This document shows, piece by piece, positions 1 through 12,913 of a DNA stretch of 64,000 bases (position 1 is the stretch's first letter; every line of letters begins with the position of its first letter). A model generated the notes under the pieces. It was not told the origin of the DNA, did not search any database, and worked only from the letters and a program-made list of their open reading frames with translations. The stretch lies in the NCBI RefSeq assembly GCF_009914755.1, contig NC_060929.1. One strand, written 5' to 3'. Both the position numbers and the translations under genes were made by a program. Source of the DNA: the human T2T-CHM13v2.0 reference genome, Homo sapiens.

Positions 1-99
1 AAAAGCAATAAAGGAGTGGGTGTCTCATAAAAGAGCAATAAAAAGCGTTAAAGGGGGATGCCGTATAGTCCCCTGTTCCCATTTCATTCAGAATATTTG

Positions 100-250
100 A
101 AGACCTAATCAAAGGCTCTGCTTTAGAAGTGAAGAAGCTCAACTCCAACAAACCTAAAGACCTTATCTAACTAGCCAAGCAAATTAATGAAGAGTTGAAA
201 TAAGAATCAAGATTTCATGATTTTGTATTCAGTGAATTTGTACTTCAGTC
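100..250 (-). mobile_element. MIR-family SINE fragment (highly diverged)
   Basis: 'ctttagaagtgaagaagctcaactcc...ccttatctaactagccaagc...gaatcaagatttcatgatttt' follows the layout of the antisense MIR core (tttacagatgaggaaactgagg...gacttgcccaaggtcacacagc). Confidence 0.4.
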
Positions 251-2010
251 TGATGATTGAAGGATGTTTAGCTGTTTTACACACTACAGTATTGTTCAAC
301 TAGAAATCATATCTATACAAAAAGTGTGAACTGCTTCTGAATTTATTTTTGAATATGTATTCATAATTTATACTATTGTTTTCACTCTTATTATATAAAT
401 ATTTCTAGAGTAAGTTTATTACTTTGGCAAGTGCTTCTTCTTTTAGAGGAATTGACCATTTTTCCATTCCAATCATGTCATTAAAGGATGCCAGATTCAG
501 TATTACACATTCCGGATGCCTGAGCTTTTGCATAATGATTGAACCGAAATGGGTATATACACAAGCAAAGATACAGCACATAACAAGAAGAGGGTCTCTT
601 TCTTATTCTAACAAGAAGCTTTGAGTATGTGAGACTTGATACACACATAGTTGTGTCTTCACTGAAAAATACATACAAGAAGTGAACTAACATGTAAATG
701 GCTTCTGACGGTGTTGGGGTCCGTAAACTCAGTTATATTTGAGTTTTATTTCACGATTGTTTTAGTCCCAAATCTCTAAAACCGATTTAAAATTATTAAC
801 TCTTTAGCTATTTTACTTTGTTATCATACTCTTGTTTTATGTTTCTGTAATCATTTTGCAGTAAAAGTTATGGTTGAAAAAAAAAAGTCTTGATTGAAAA
901 CATGTAAAATTAACAGCACGGTCTCCTCTAGAGTGTGCTTTGGGTTGGTGGCAAATTTTTCCTGTGAATGTTCTCTGTCTTTAATAATTTTGCTTCACTC
1001 AAAGTCATTGTATGAAAGACACCATGATCCCATTTTAAAAATTCTGCCATGGACCCAGAATGTATTCCTTGCCAAGTCATCCTCTGAAGGTTGGAAACTG
1101 ACCATGGAGCCATAGAATGGTCATCATGATGAAAGTCCTGCAGATCCCAGGGTATCTGTTTCAACTCATGATCAGTGGAAGTGGTCAGGAATGAGACAGA
1201 GAAAGCACTAAGAGAGAAATGTAGACCACCCCTGATAATGCTAGAAGATCTCAGGCACTAAGGAGAACTTAGACATTTCAAAGGTTCTCCAAAGAGCAAG
1301 GCTGTTGAGGCACACAACTCAGGACAGAGATATACCTGTGTCTTAGTGAAGTACTAAATAATGAAAAATGAAAGATGAATTTAATGAAATCTGTACTGAA
1401 TATGAATCATATGTCAGTGTGTAACTGTTACTTAAAGGAGCATTATGTGTTGCTCTATATGTAAAATAATAAACCAAATTTGACATATGGAAACATTAAT
1501 TCAATAAATTTTATTATTTTTCCCACACTGTATAAGCCATTTAAACATGACTTCTGTTCAACTCAGTATTTTCTTTCCATGGTCTTTTATAAACACAATC
1601 TTGTCCAATATTGCTGACAAATTCTCTAAGACGAAAAGTGACTGCTTTTATTAAATTTCCCATGATAGAATAAAAGAGGGGGCTGTCACTTAGAAGATCA
1701 AGGGGGAAGTGGCAACGGAAGAAGTTTGAAGAGTATGTATTTGGCTTTTACCTAAGCCCACACTATTTGGTGTTGTTTTGGGCCACAAATTGAAAGTATT
1801 TGGTGAATGTTAAAAAGTGCTTATAATATTTGACACATTTTCTGATTATCTAAATTCTCTGTACCAAAACTGGAAAAATTTAATGTTAAACTTCTATGTA
1901 TTAAAAAGAATCCTGGTGAGAAATAGATTAATTGAATAATTAGATTTTAAACATAAAGAAAAATTGCACTATACCTAATACACTTAAGTTAGTACTTAAA
2001 ACCAAAATTA

Positions 2011-2314
<304 letters not shown>

Positions 2315-2381
2315 ACCCTAGAATTTTCCTACATAGGAGTAGGTAGTTACTCTTTTCTTTACTTTGTCTTCTGATTGCTAG

Positions 2382-2833
<452 letters not shown>

Positions 2834-3491
2834 CGTATATCCTGATTTCTTATGTAAACTGTCTATAGCTATTAATAGAATATGTTCCCGCTCTGTTTTA
2901 AAACTACCAAAAGTATTAATTTAAATTTGTGTCATATTATAGGTTTTATCATTTGTAAAAATAATTCAATAATATAGATTATTTTAAAAATAGAGAATCA
3001 TGCACTATATAAACAGACACATTTTATGAGAATTATCCTGTAACAATAATAAAATGATGACAAGTTATTTAAATCAAAGTAAATTAATGATAGAGTTTTT
3101 TATTTTTAATTAATATTAGCAAGAAACAGAAGACATCCTGCCTTATGTAAACTTAATTTGATGATAATATTTTAAATATCTCTTAAGTATACATTAGAAA
3201 ATAGGATAATAAAGTTTATTTTTATTGTCTTCCTCACAGAGTCATGAGACAGGTTGACCATTTTATATTTAATTAATATACATTAGTTCATTAGCAATCA
3301 TTTGATAAGAATATTTCTTTAGGCACTAGTTTTTTTTTAATTTCCCATATATATATATAGTTGAGATTATATTTTTATTAATTTTGTCATGTTTTATCAT
3401 CTTCTAACTGTAGACATAGGAATTATATACAAGGTAATTCGATTAATACAACTGTTGAAGATACTTTGCAGTAGATCAACGTTCCTAACAG

Positions 3492-3965
3492 TGTCAGTTA
3501 GCCATTGCTGCTCATAAAGTACATCCAACACCTAGTTCCTTAAAACACGACTTTCTTAACTCACAATTCTATGGATGGACTAGGATTCTGTATGCATCTG
3601 TAGTCAGTTGTGCTAATCTTAGCCTGACTCTTTCACAGGTCTTGGGCCTCACCTGGGGAAGCTGAACTGACCTGACACTCATCTCTGATTTCTCATCCTC
3701 CAGCAGGGCAGGTTAGATTGTTCACACAGAGGAGGCAAGGGTCCTAAGAGAAGGGAAAGATACATAGCCTACTGAGCACTAGACTCAGAATTGGCACAGT
3801 GTAATTTCTGTCCCATTCCACTGGACAAAAGAGGTCACAAGGCACAGAGGGTATGAAAATAGACTTCGCCACAGTGAACATAGGAGCTGAACAGTTACAT
3901 TGTAAAACATGTGGACACAAGTAGCATTGGAGAAATGGCACCATTTTTTTACTCAGTCTACCCTA
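3492..3965 (-). mobile_element. Ancient MLT1-type ERVL-MaLR LTR
   Basis: Starts tgtcagttagccattgctg...cctagttccttaaaaca (reverse complement of the MLT1 3' end); ends ...cagtctacc. Confidence 0.65.
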
Positions 3966-4499
3966 CTGCCAAAGCCTGACTTCCAAATTACAGTAACTCA
4001 CAACATGTCGTGTCTCTTAACTTATCCTCTGCTCCCCCAAATAGCCACTATATTGAAAATACTTGTGTTGGATAGCAAAGGTATTTAGAGAGACACAAAT
4101 GACCAAATATTGATCATTTCTGTGATCAGAAATCTTTATCCTGAGAGATGTCTATTACTATTTTGTATTTGTGAATTTCTGACAGTGTGACCTTTAGCAT
4201 CTGCCCAAAACTACCGGGTAATATGACGTTAACTGGCATAGTTGTGTTCTAGGTCAACACTTACAGCTGTATATCAACAAAAGAGGGAGGAGAAGGCTGT
4301 TTTTTTTCTTCTTTGCATCCTATATCATTATCAACTTGTTCATAAGAAACACGACTCCATGTGCTCATAAATAAAGATACACACACATATACATATATGG
4401 ACAAAACATGCCTACACGTACAATTACACAATGTGAATACTCTCTGTATCCACAGTTTCTTATAATTTAACTTTGAAATTCATCACATTAAGAGAAGGT

Positions 4500-4926
4500 T
4501 AAAAATGCACTGATCTTGTGGTTTGCTTTGGCCAACATATTGCAGCCAAAATGGCAGTTTGCCAATTCTGAACCCGTGTGTCAGAAGACCTTACACATTT
4601 TGCCTAGCCTTCTTGGAACCTTGCTGTCTAGGCTAGGCTGATAGAATCTTATGATAAGACATCCACATCCAGGCACTTGACCTTACTAGCTAATACTTAA
4701 GGAAATACTAGATATGCAAATGAATCTGCTGGAGACAATCCAGTCTCAAGTAACCCATCAGCTAACCACATACGTGTGAGTAAGCCAAAATGAGATCACT
4801 TAGACCTGACCAATTGCTTACAGTGCTCAAATGAACAACAGATTGGTCGGGGAAAAATACTGTTCTAACATTAAGCCACTAGGTTTTAGCATCATTTTTT
4901 TACAACAAAAATAGTTATGACTGTAC
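4500..4926 (+). mobile_element. Ancient MLT1G/H-like ERVL-MaLR LTR
   Basis: cttgtggtttgctttggccaa...gccaattctga...cctagccttcttggaacc; typical end ttaagccactaggtttt...acaacaaaaatag. Confidence 0.65.
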
Positions 4927-4967
4927 ATACTCATGTAGATATGACTGTACAAACTCATGTTAAAGAT
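4917..4967. repeat. ~24-bp tandem duplication
   Basis: atgactgtacatactcatgtagat followed by atgactgtacaaactcatgttaaagat. Confidence 0.85.
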
Positions 4968-6159
4968 GCCAAAAAAATAGAAATGAAAGACATTGTTCAG
5001 ATGTATAAAAGTCATTACTCCTATGAATGACTGACAGATGACTTTAAGAATTTTGTACTTTTTAAATACCTTTTTAACTCAGGTGTATTTTTGGTCCCCT
5101 GTATAATTTTAACATTATATTATCAAAATTGACTGTACTATTTGAATCAAATGGAATGACCAGTATGCAAACAAGTACATACTGATGATCTAATTCCTTC
5201 AGGGCATCTGCATTTTAAATCATAGCCTAACATATGCATTGCCAAGATATTCACTTACTAGTTTGGATTCTTCTCTGCTAGACCTATTATTTTGCTTTAG
5301 TCAGATTCTCTGTGAATTTGAATTAGGCCTCCCTTGGTTTTTTCACCTGTCAGACTCTATGCTATTATAACAACTTCAAAAGCTTAACTGTCTTCTCTGA
5401 CCTAATTTTTTCTCAAGTGGCCAGATAAAAGGGAGTGAAAAATAAATTATGAAACCATCATTTGCTACACAAGTGAGTAAATATGAAAAGAGGTTAATGA
5501 GAGGACAAAGATCAAACAAGCTCAACAAAAGTACCATGAATACTGTTCTTAATGACTATAAATGTTCACAAAACTTTACCTTTATCCTATAAAATACAAC
5601 ATCCTAAAACAATAAATTATATTGAAATATGAATGAACACCACCTTGAGGCCAGAAGCCATTGCCCTTATGTTTTACCTTCACGCTCTTAAGTTCAGGTA
5701 AGAAGCTTATTCCTCACAATACTCTCTCAATAAAATCATAGCGGTTATTCTTTATCTGGTCATTTATTCCAGACTTATTCAATAGTATTAAGGAGTAAAT
5801 TATTACCTTCCTATGGATTGTGTGAGTTCACAGTCAGTTACCTAGACAAAATTAAAATAGAAACATCCAAAGACCTTATGACAAAAGAGACCAGATTGTC
5901 TTCATTGACCAAATTTCCTGATTGCCATTATATATATTTCATAAAAGACTCCTTGTTTGTATATAAGACCTTATTATAAACTTGCTATACACAAATGATT
6001 TTAACAATAATAATAATGAATATAACTGCATTTTGTTAAATGCAAATATACTTGAAAACTAGGTGAGAGAAATTTTACAAAGTACTTTCCCTACAACATG
6101 AATATTCCTACAACAGGTTATAGCTCAGTCCTATTCTAAATAAAAACACCCATAATAGA

Positions 6160-7215
6160 TTGACACTCCCATTAACAGCATGTGTTTCTTTTTCTCCACA
6201 ACCTCTACAGCATCTGTTATTTTTTGACTTTTTGATAGTAGCCATTATGACTGGTGTGGGCTAGTATCTCACTGTGGTTTTAATTTGCATTTCTCTAGTG
6301 ATCAGTGATGTTGAACTTTTTTTCATGTAATTGTTGACTAAGTGTATGTCTTTTGAAAAGTGACTGTTCATGTCCTTTGCCCCCATTTTTATGTTTTTTT
6401 TTTTGTAAATTTGTTTAAGTTCTTTATAGATGCTGGATATTAGACCTTTGCCTGATGCGTAGTTTGCAAAAAAAAATTCTCCTCTTCTGTAGGTTGTGTT
6501 TACTCTGTTGATGGTTTCCTTTGCTGTGTATAAGCCTTTAGTTTAACCATTATGGAAGACAATGTGGCGATTCCTGAAAGGCCTAAAGACAGAAATACCA
6601 TTTGACCCAGCAATCCCATTACTAGGTATGCATCCAAAGGAATTTAAATCATTATCTTAAAAAGACACATGGACACCTATGCTCATTGTAACACTATTCA
6701 CAATAGCAAAGACATGGAATCAACCTAAATGCTAAATGCCAATCAATGATAGACTGGATAAAGAAAATGTTATATGTATGTTATATATATGTTATATATA
6801 TATGTTATATATGTACTTGTGTATATATATACACACACACACATACACACACACATACTATGGAATACTATGCAGCCATAAAAAAGAATGAGATTATGTC
6901 CTTTGCACAGACATGGATGGAGCTGAAGGCCATTATCCTTAGGAAACTGACACAGGAACAGAAAATCAAATACTTACGTTCTCACTTATAAGTGAGAGAA
7001 CACATGGACACATAGAGGGGCACAACATACACTGGGGCTTATCAGAGGGTATAGGGTGGGAGGAGAGAGACGATCAGGAAAAATAACTAATGAGTACCAA
7101 GCCAAATATCTGGGTAATAAAATAATCTGTACAACAATCCTCTATGACACAAGTTTACCTATGTCATAGACCTGTACACATATTCCTGAACTTAAAAAAT
7201 AAAAGTTAAAAAAAT
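6160..7215 (+). mobile_element. 5'-truncated L1PA13-like LINE-1 with 5' inversion (6160-6545 antisense, ~6540-7215 sense)
   Basis: Antisense ORF2 C-terminal sequence switches to sense 'ttaaccattatggaagac...gacccagcaatcccattact'; ORF 6746..6991 gives MEYYAAIKKNEIMSF; L1PA13-type 3' UTR and A tail. Confidence 0.9.
6769..6858. repeat. (TA)n/(CA)n compound microsatellite inside L1
   Basis: tatatgtatgttatatatat...atatatacacacacacacatacacac. Confidence 0.9.
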
Positions 7216-8204
7216 TACCAAGAATACATGTTCACCATTCCCAAACTTTCAACTGAGCTATTGCTGTCTCTCAAGAAGGACTTTTGAGAACTACATAGAA
7301 TCATAAAATTTCATAACTTGAAATACCATGATTGATGTATTTTAAGCTTTAATTGAAACCTTTTATTTCTTATACAGTTGCATTATTACAAATAAGCCTG
7401 ACACATTTTTTAACCAGAAAGTACTTCTTTTCTATGAGTGTTTGTGTTTAATTTGATTATTTCATTGTAAAACGTCTGCAGTTTCTAGGTTGTGTATTTC
7501 CACATGTACATCCGCATGTATCATTTTCACATTTTTCTCCTCTTATATGTATAAATCTTTAGGTTTGTTTATTGCACAAAGCAGAAAGCTCCTTTTCTAG
7601 CTTCATGGGAGTTCTGTAAAGTATGATAGGTTCTATCCAAGTGAAGAGACAATCTTCTAGATATGTAAGAATCACTTGATAAACTTATTAAAATTGAATT
7701 TCACAGAAACATTATATTTTAGGTTTGGACTGGGGCAATAAATCTATGTTTTGTTTCCAAGGTGTTTATGATATATACCATTCTTTGAGTGAATTTAAAG
7801 TCTGTGTAGTTTTGTTTTATGCTAATAAGAATCAATATTTTGGAATTATAATTTTCACTATGAAATGCTTCTGAGGCTGTGAATACAGGTCCTCTGTTTC
7901 TCTGGACTGTGTATGCTGCTTCTCACTTTCATTTATACTTGCTTTGTTTCATTCAGCTGAATGAACGAAGAGGTTGGGTAAATATCCCCAACCTGAGAAC
8001 ATGTAACCTGTAATTGCTTCCTTTTCTGTTGGCTTGAATTCTGTATTTCTAAACTAGAGAAAAATAGGGATGTTAAAAGACTCTTTATCCCTTTTTCCCA
8101 GGCAATAATGATGTTCTGTGTGAGCTCCGCAGCACAGTTTTCAGTTTATTTATACTTAAGTAAATGAAGATATAACCCAGATTTTGTTCAGTGTTTTGTT
8201 ACTC

Positions 8205-8279
8205 TTCTTTTTTATTATTATTATTATTATACTTTAAGTTTTACGGTACATGTGCACAACGTGCAGGTTTGTTACATAT
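8205..8279 (-). mobile_element. Very short L1PA 3' tip with (TAA)n tail
   Basis: ttttattattattattattatactttaagttttacggtacatgtgcacaacgtgcaggtttgttacatat is the extreme L1PA 3' end, antisense. Confidence 0.9.
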
Positions 8280-8871
8280 TACTTCCAAGTATAATGTGTT
8301 TGTGTGTGTGGTTTCCACAGAAGTAAATGAAAAATAGCATTCTTTTTACTTGTTTTATAATCATGATTCTCTTTGTCAGCAAATAAATTATGTGATTTAT
8401 AGACATAAGTATAAATACTTTGGTTGTAATTGCTTTCAGAGGTTGACTTTAAATGTAACTTTAATTTTATATTTATAATCCTTCAATACTGTTTATACTG
8501 TAGTTAACACTTACTCCAACTATTTTTGAATATTTCATTAATAATAAAATCTCAGTATTTAGTATTTTCTTATTCAGACACGATTTAAAGTCTTGATTCA
8601 AAATTATTTGTTCCAGAGAAAATAAATAGTATTAATAACAATAGACCTCTCTCTGCCTCAAACTATAAACAAATATCAAATTCAACATTTTCTAAAACTA
8701 GTGGTTAGCTTCTTGTTAATTTTGACTTATTTCTTATTTATAAATGTTCAAATAATTATAAAACTTAAAATGACTATAAAAATAATGTTTTTATATTCTT
8801 AATATGATCTGATTTTCTAAGGGAGAATCAGAAAAATATATTTTTGAGGTAAATAACAAAAAAAAAAAGTA

Positions 8872-9651
8872 TGTTGGGGGAAAAGCTGAGAGTTGGGAGA
8901 AAAGCCCTGCCCCTTGGAACTGGTCTTTTGAACAAGGAAACCAATGGGTTGTCTGCAATCAATCCTCTGAAATGGATTAAGGCCATTGGAAGCTCTACAC
9001 TTGCAAATTTTGTTCTAATAATTATGTGCTTGTACTGTCTCCTTTTAGTCTGCAGATGTGGAAGCCACCTCTGGAGAGAAAGCCACCGTTGAGAACAAGC
9101 AATGACAGCTGTGGCGGTTTTACAAAAAAGAAAAAGGGGCATCCTGGGGAAAAGCTGAGTGTTGGGAAAAATGCTGAGGCAGGGCTTGTATGTCTGACTT
9201 AATGTAAAAGAGTCTTGGAACATGTCAGGGGTCTGGGGTCTAAAACCTCTCGTGGCCTTTGGAATATGTCTAGACTTGCTGGCTCTTTGCTTCTAGCACT
9301 CACAGTCTCATAGATTGATTGTATCTTAAACTAGAAGAACATGTTTCCCATTATCTCAAGTAGCAGAACATGTTCCATATGCTGCAAAGAAAATGCTAAA
9401 CCGTCACAGCTGTAGATCATGCACTTGACACACCAGTTTCTTTCAACCCCCACTTCCTCACCACCTGCTTCTTTGTTTGATCACCAATAAATAGTGCGGG
9501 CTTCCAGAGCTCAGGGCCTTCGCAGCCTCCATACTAGCGTTGGCCCCCTGGTTCCACTTCATGCACTCTTAAACTTCTCTTTTCTCATTCCTTTGACTCC
9601 GCCATACTTTGTAGCCCCCACAGCCTGGTGTTGGGTCTGATCATCCCAACA
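8872..9651 (+). mobile_element. HERV-K-class (LTR14/HERVK14-like) provirus remnant: 5'-LTR stub, env C-terminus, polypurine tract, complete 3' LTR (9142-9651)
   Basis: tgttgggggaaaagctgagagttgggagaaaagc recurs at ~9142; purine tract aaaaaagaaaaagggg at 9124-9139; AATAAA at 9486; ends ...ccaaca; flanks aagta / aaata. Confidence 0.85.
8906..9140 (+). pseudogene. env: Betaretroviral env TM/cytoplasmic-tail fragment
   Basis: [38 protein letters not shown]...*EQAMTAVAVLQKRKRG resembles the HERV-K Env end ([38 protein letters not shown]...RAMMTMAVLSKRKGG). Confidence 0.85.
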
Positions 9652-9844
9652 AAATAAGATTGCTACAGTTTTTGTATGCAATTTATAAAATATATGTGTT
9701 ATTTGACAAAATAAAAATGATTCAAACTTGGTATCTAGATTATATGTTGGATATATCAAAATTAATAAAGTGGACATTTTAGAAATCATTTAGAATAAAA
9801 ATAGTTGTAAATGAGTTTCTTTCCAAATACAAATTACATCAATT

Positions 9845-10225
9845 AGTAACTTTGGATATGTGGTTTGGTAAGAAACAAACATATACAAAATCTCAGAAGC
9901 TTAAAAGAACAGAGGTGTATTTCTTGTCTATACCACATGTTCATCTTGGGCAGGCTGGGAGCTCTGCTTCCCATCTTCTGCAAGTTGAGACCAGGGCGAG
10001 AGAGCAGATAATTTCTGGAACATTGCTGGTTATTCTGACAGACAGAAAGAAGATGGCATACCATGTTTTGGTTCTTAGATGTTTTATCTTGATCCACAAC
10101 CCTTTTGCTTGCTGATGACCTATGCAAATCACTTGACTAACACCAATCACCTGAGGCTAGAATAGCCCAGCCCTACCAGGTTCTCAGAAAGAGATCAGAG
10201 AGATTTAATGCAAAGTCTGACATCC
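9845..10225 (-). mobile_element. Ancient MLT1I/J/K-like LTR
   Basis: aaaatctcagaagcttaaaagaacagaggtgtatttcttg...tggaacattgctggt...caaatcacttgac motifs typical of old MLT1 antisense. Confidence 0.5.
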
Positions 10226-11552
10226 ACACTGGTTCAATATTATTGTGATAAAACGTAGAATGGCTTTAGAACATACAGAAAACATTACCAGCAGCTGTAT
10301 AATCCAGGACATTTTTTATTAGCTTTAATGTTTTAGCTTTATGTTTATTGAGTTCTCTGACACATTTTTCAGATGTTATATAATATTTGAATTGTTTCAT
10401 TTTAGGTCATGTTTTATTCAGGTATTGATAAATTCACTTTGAGTTGTATTTTGCATCATGCTAGAAAAATGTAATGATTTCACTTTTCTAAGAAGTTCAG
10501 TGAAACTTCTGTGACTGTTCTAGTCTACCCATGTGGTAGGAAGTTTAGCTAACTTCTGTCTAATGATGTGTCAGCTTCCACTGTACTTATGACACTGCTT
10601 TAGCCATTCAATGAAAGTACTTTGAGGAGTCTAATATGGATTTTAACTTAGTCACCACGGTGATCCTGTTAGCACCTTCAAACTTTACAGATTACTGTCT
10701 GAAAAAATGTGCTAGACTAAGGAGTTCAAAAGCTAATTGCTTTATTTTATGTGCCATTAGCTTAACCCTTCATTCAATTTTTCTTTTGATCTCATCTCCT
10801 AGAAGGTAAGTCTTACAAAATAAGCTTCATTCTTTCTTTGCTATTATCAGCGAAGGTATATTAAAGGCAAAAGGCAATTAATTTGATGATTCGACTGAAA
10901 TGTGCTTGGTTGTGTAAGACTTTCCAGCCCAGTACCATTTATTGTAAGTCTGTAGGAAGGACATCACATTCAACTCCACACATAACATGATAGATCAAGT
11001 GTTTTTCAAATAAAGAATCACCACTTCTGAAGTATCTGTGGCATTCTGCAAGTGACCTATTCTTTTGCATTTGTGAATTCTTTAAGAGATAGTGTTATAT
11101 TTGATTTTTTAATCCTAACCTAATAAAATTTAATATAATACATTTTGAATCACACAAACGACCATTGCATTAGAAAGGTAAATGAATAAATTCAGTGTCC
11201 ACAGGCAAGTTTGCTTTTGACTTTATGATTACTTCTGAACAAAGTAAAGATCAAGTGAGGTCAAGAGTGGCTGTACAAAGAACATTTACTTAGTGGTTTA
11301 AATAGGAACAAATATTCTGAAAATTAAGTCATCTTAAGTCATTACACGGCAGTATACTTAGGACAAAGTCAAAAGTACTTAAATAGTGTATTGAGGGACA
11401 AGGGCAAAGTAATATGAAGAATGTATGTATTGCTTAGTTTATGCTTTTGTACAATTGAGCATGAACCACTTCTTTGTTATAAAAGTCAGTTATTCATCAC
11501 TATAAGAAAAATTCTAAGAAATTATTTTAAATACTCAGTACCATATTGTATG

Positions 11553-11929
11553 TGGATTAGTCCATTCTCATGCTGCTATAAAGAACTGTCTGAGACTGGG
11601 TAATTTAAAAACAGAAAATGGTGTAGTTGACTCAGCGTTCCACAAGGTTGGGAAGACCTTAGGAAACGTACAATCATGGTGGAAGGGGAAGCAAACATGT
11701 CCTTCTTCACATGGTGACAGAGAGGAAAAGTAAGTGCCCAGTGAAAGTGGAAGCCCCTTATAAAGCCATCAGACCTTGTGAGAACTAACTCACTATCGTG
11801 GAGAACAGCATGGGGGAAACCACCTCTATGATTCAGTTAACTCCACTTGGTCCCACTCATGACATGTGGGGATTATAGGAACTACAATTCACGATGAGAT
11901 TTGGGTAGGTACACAGCCAAACTATATAA
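11553..11929 (-). mobile_element. THE1C/D LTR (ERVL-MaLR)
   Basis: tggattagtccattctcatgctgctataaagaac...gagactgggtaattt...gagatttgggtaggtacacagccaaactatat. Confidence 0.93.
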
Positions 11930-12913
11930 TTCCAACCCTGGCCACTCCCAAATCTCATGCCCTCACAGTTCAAAGCACAATCTTGGCCTTCCAAGAGACC
12001 CCCAAGATTTTAAGTCATTCCAGCCTTACCTCAAAGTTCCAAGTCCAAAGCCTCAACTGAGATAAGGCAAGTCCCTTTTGGCTATGAATCTGTCAAATCA
12101 AAAGGAAGTTAGTTACTTCCTACATACAATGGGGGTACAGGCTTTTGGTAAATACATGCATTTCAAATAGGAGAAATTGGCCAAAATGAAGGGGCTATAG
12201 GCCCCATGCAAGCCCAAAATCCAGTGGGGCAGTCAAATCTTAAAGCTCTGAAACTATCTCCTTTGACTCCATGTCTCACATCCAGGTCACGATGATTCAA
12301 GAGGGGGCTTCCCACAGCCTTGGGCAGCTCCACTCCTGTGGTTTTGCAGGGTCCAGCCCCCCTCCTGGCTGCTTTCATGGGCTGGCATTGAGTGTCTGCA
12401 GCTTTTCCAGGTGCATGGTGCGAACTATCGGTTATCTACCATTCCAGGGTCTGGAGGATGGTGATTGTCTTCTCACAGACCCACTAGGCAGTGCCCCAGT
12501 GGAGACTCTTTGTGGAAGTTTCAATCCCACATTTCCCTTCTGCACTGCATTAGCAGAGGTTCTCCATGAGGGTTCTGTCCCTGGACCAAACTTCTGCCTG
12601 GACACACAGGCATTTCCATACATCCTCAGAAATCTAGGCAGAGGTTCCCAAACCTCAATTCTTGACTTCTGTGCACCCGCAGGCCTAACACCACATGTAA
12701 GCTGCCAAGGCTTGGGGCTTGCACCCTGTGAAGCCATGGACTAAGCTGTACATTGGTCCCTTTTAGCCACAGCTGGAGCTGAAGCAGCTGGGATGCAGAG
12801 CACCATGTCTGGAGGATGCATAGAGCTGTGGGTCCCTGGGCCTGGCCCAGGAAACTATTTTTTCCTCCTACATCTCCAGGTCTGGGATGGGAGGGACTGC
12901 CATGAAGACCTCT
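11930..12913 (-). mobile_element. THE1 internal sequence, truncated
   Basis: Contiguous with the LTR: ccaaatctcatg...aaagttccaagtccaaag...ccccagtggagactct; ORFs 12271 and 12432 are typical THE1-int translations. Confidence 0.92.

Noticed and set aside
424-1164. Short ORFs in unique DNA
   Set aside because: No recognisable protein similarity or convincing splice sites; expected by chance
12271-12744. 157-aa ORF
   Set aside because: Antisense reading of THE1 internal sequence, a common spurious ORF
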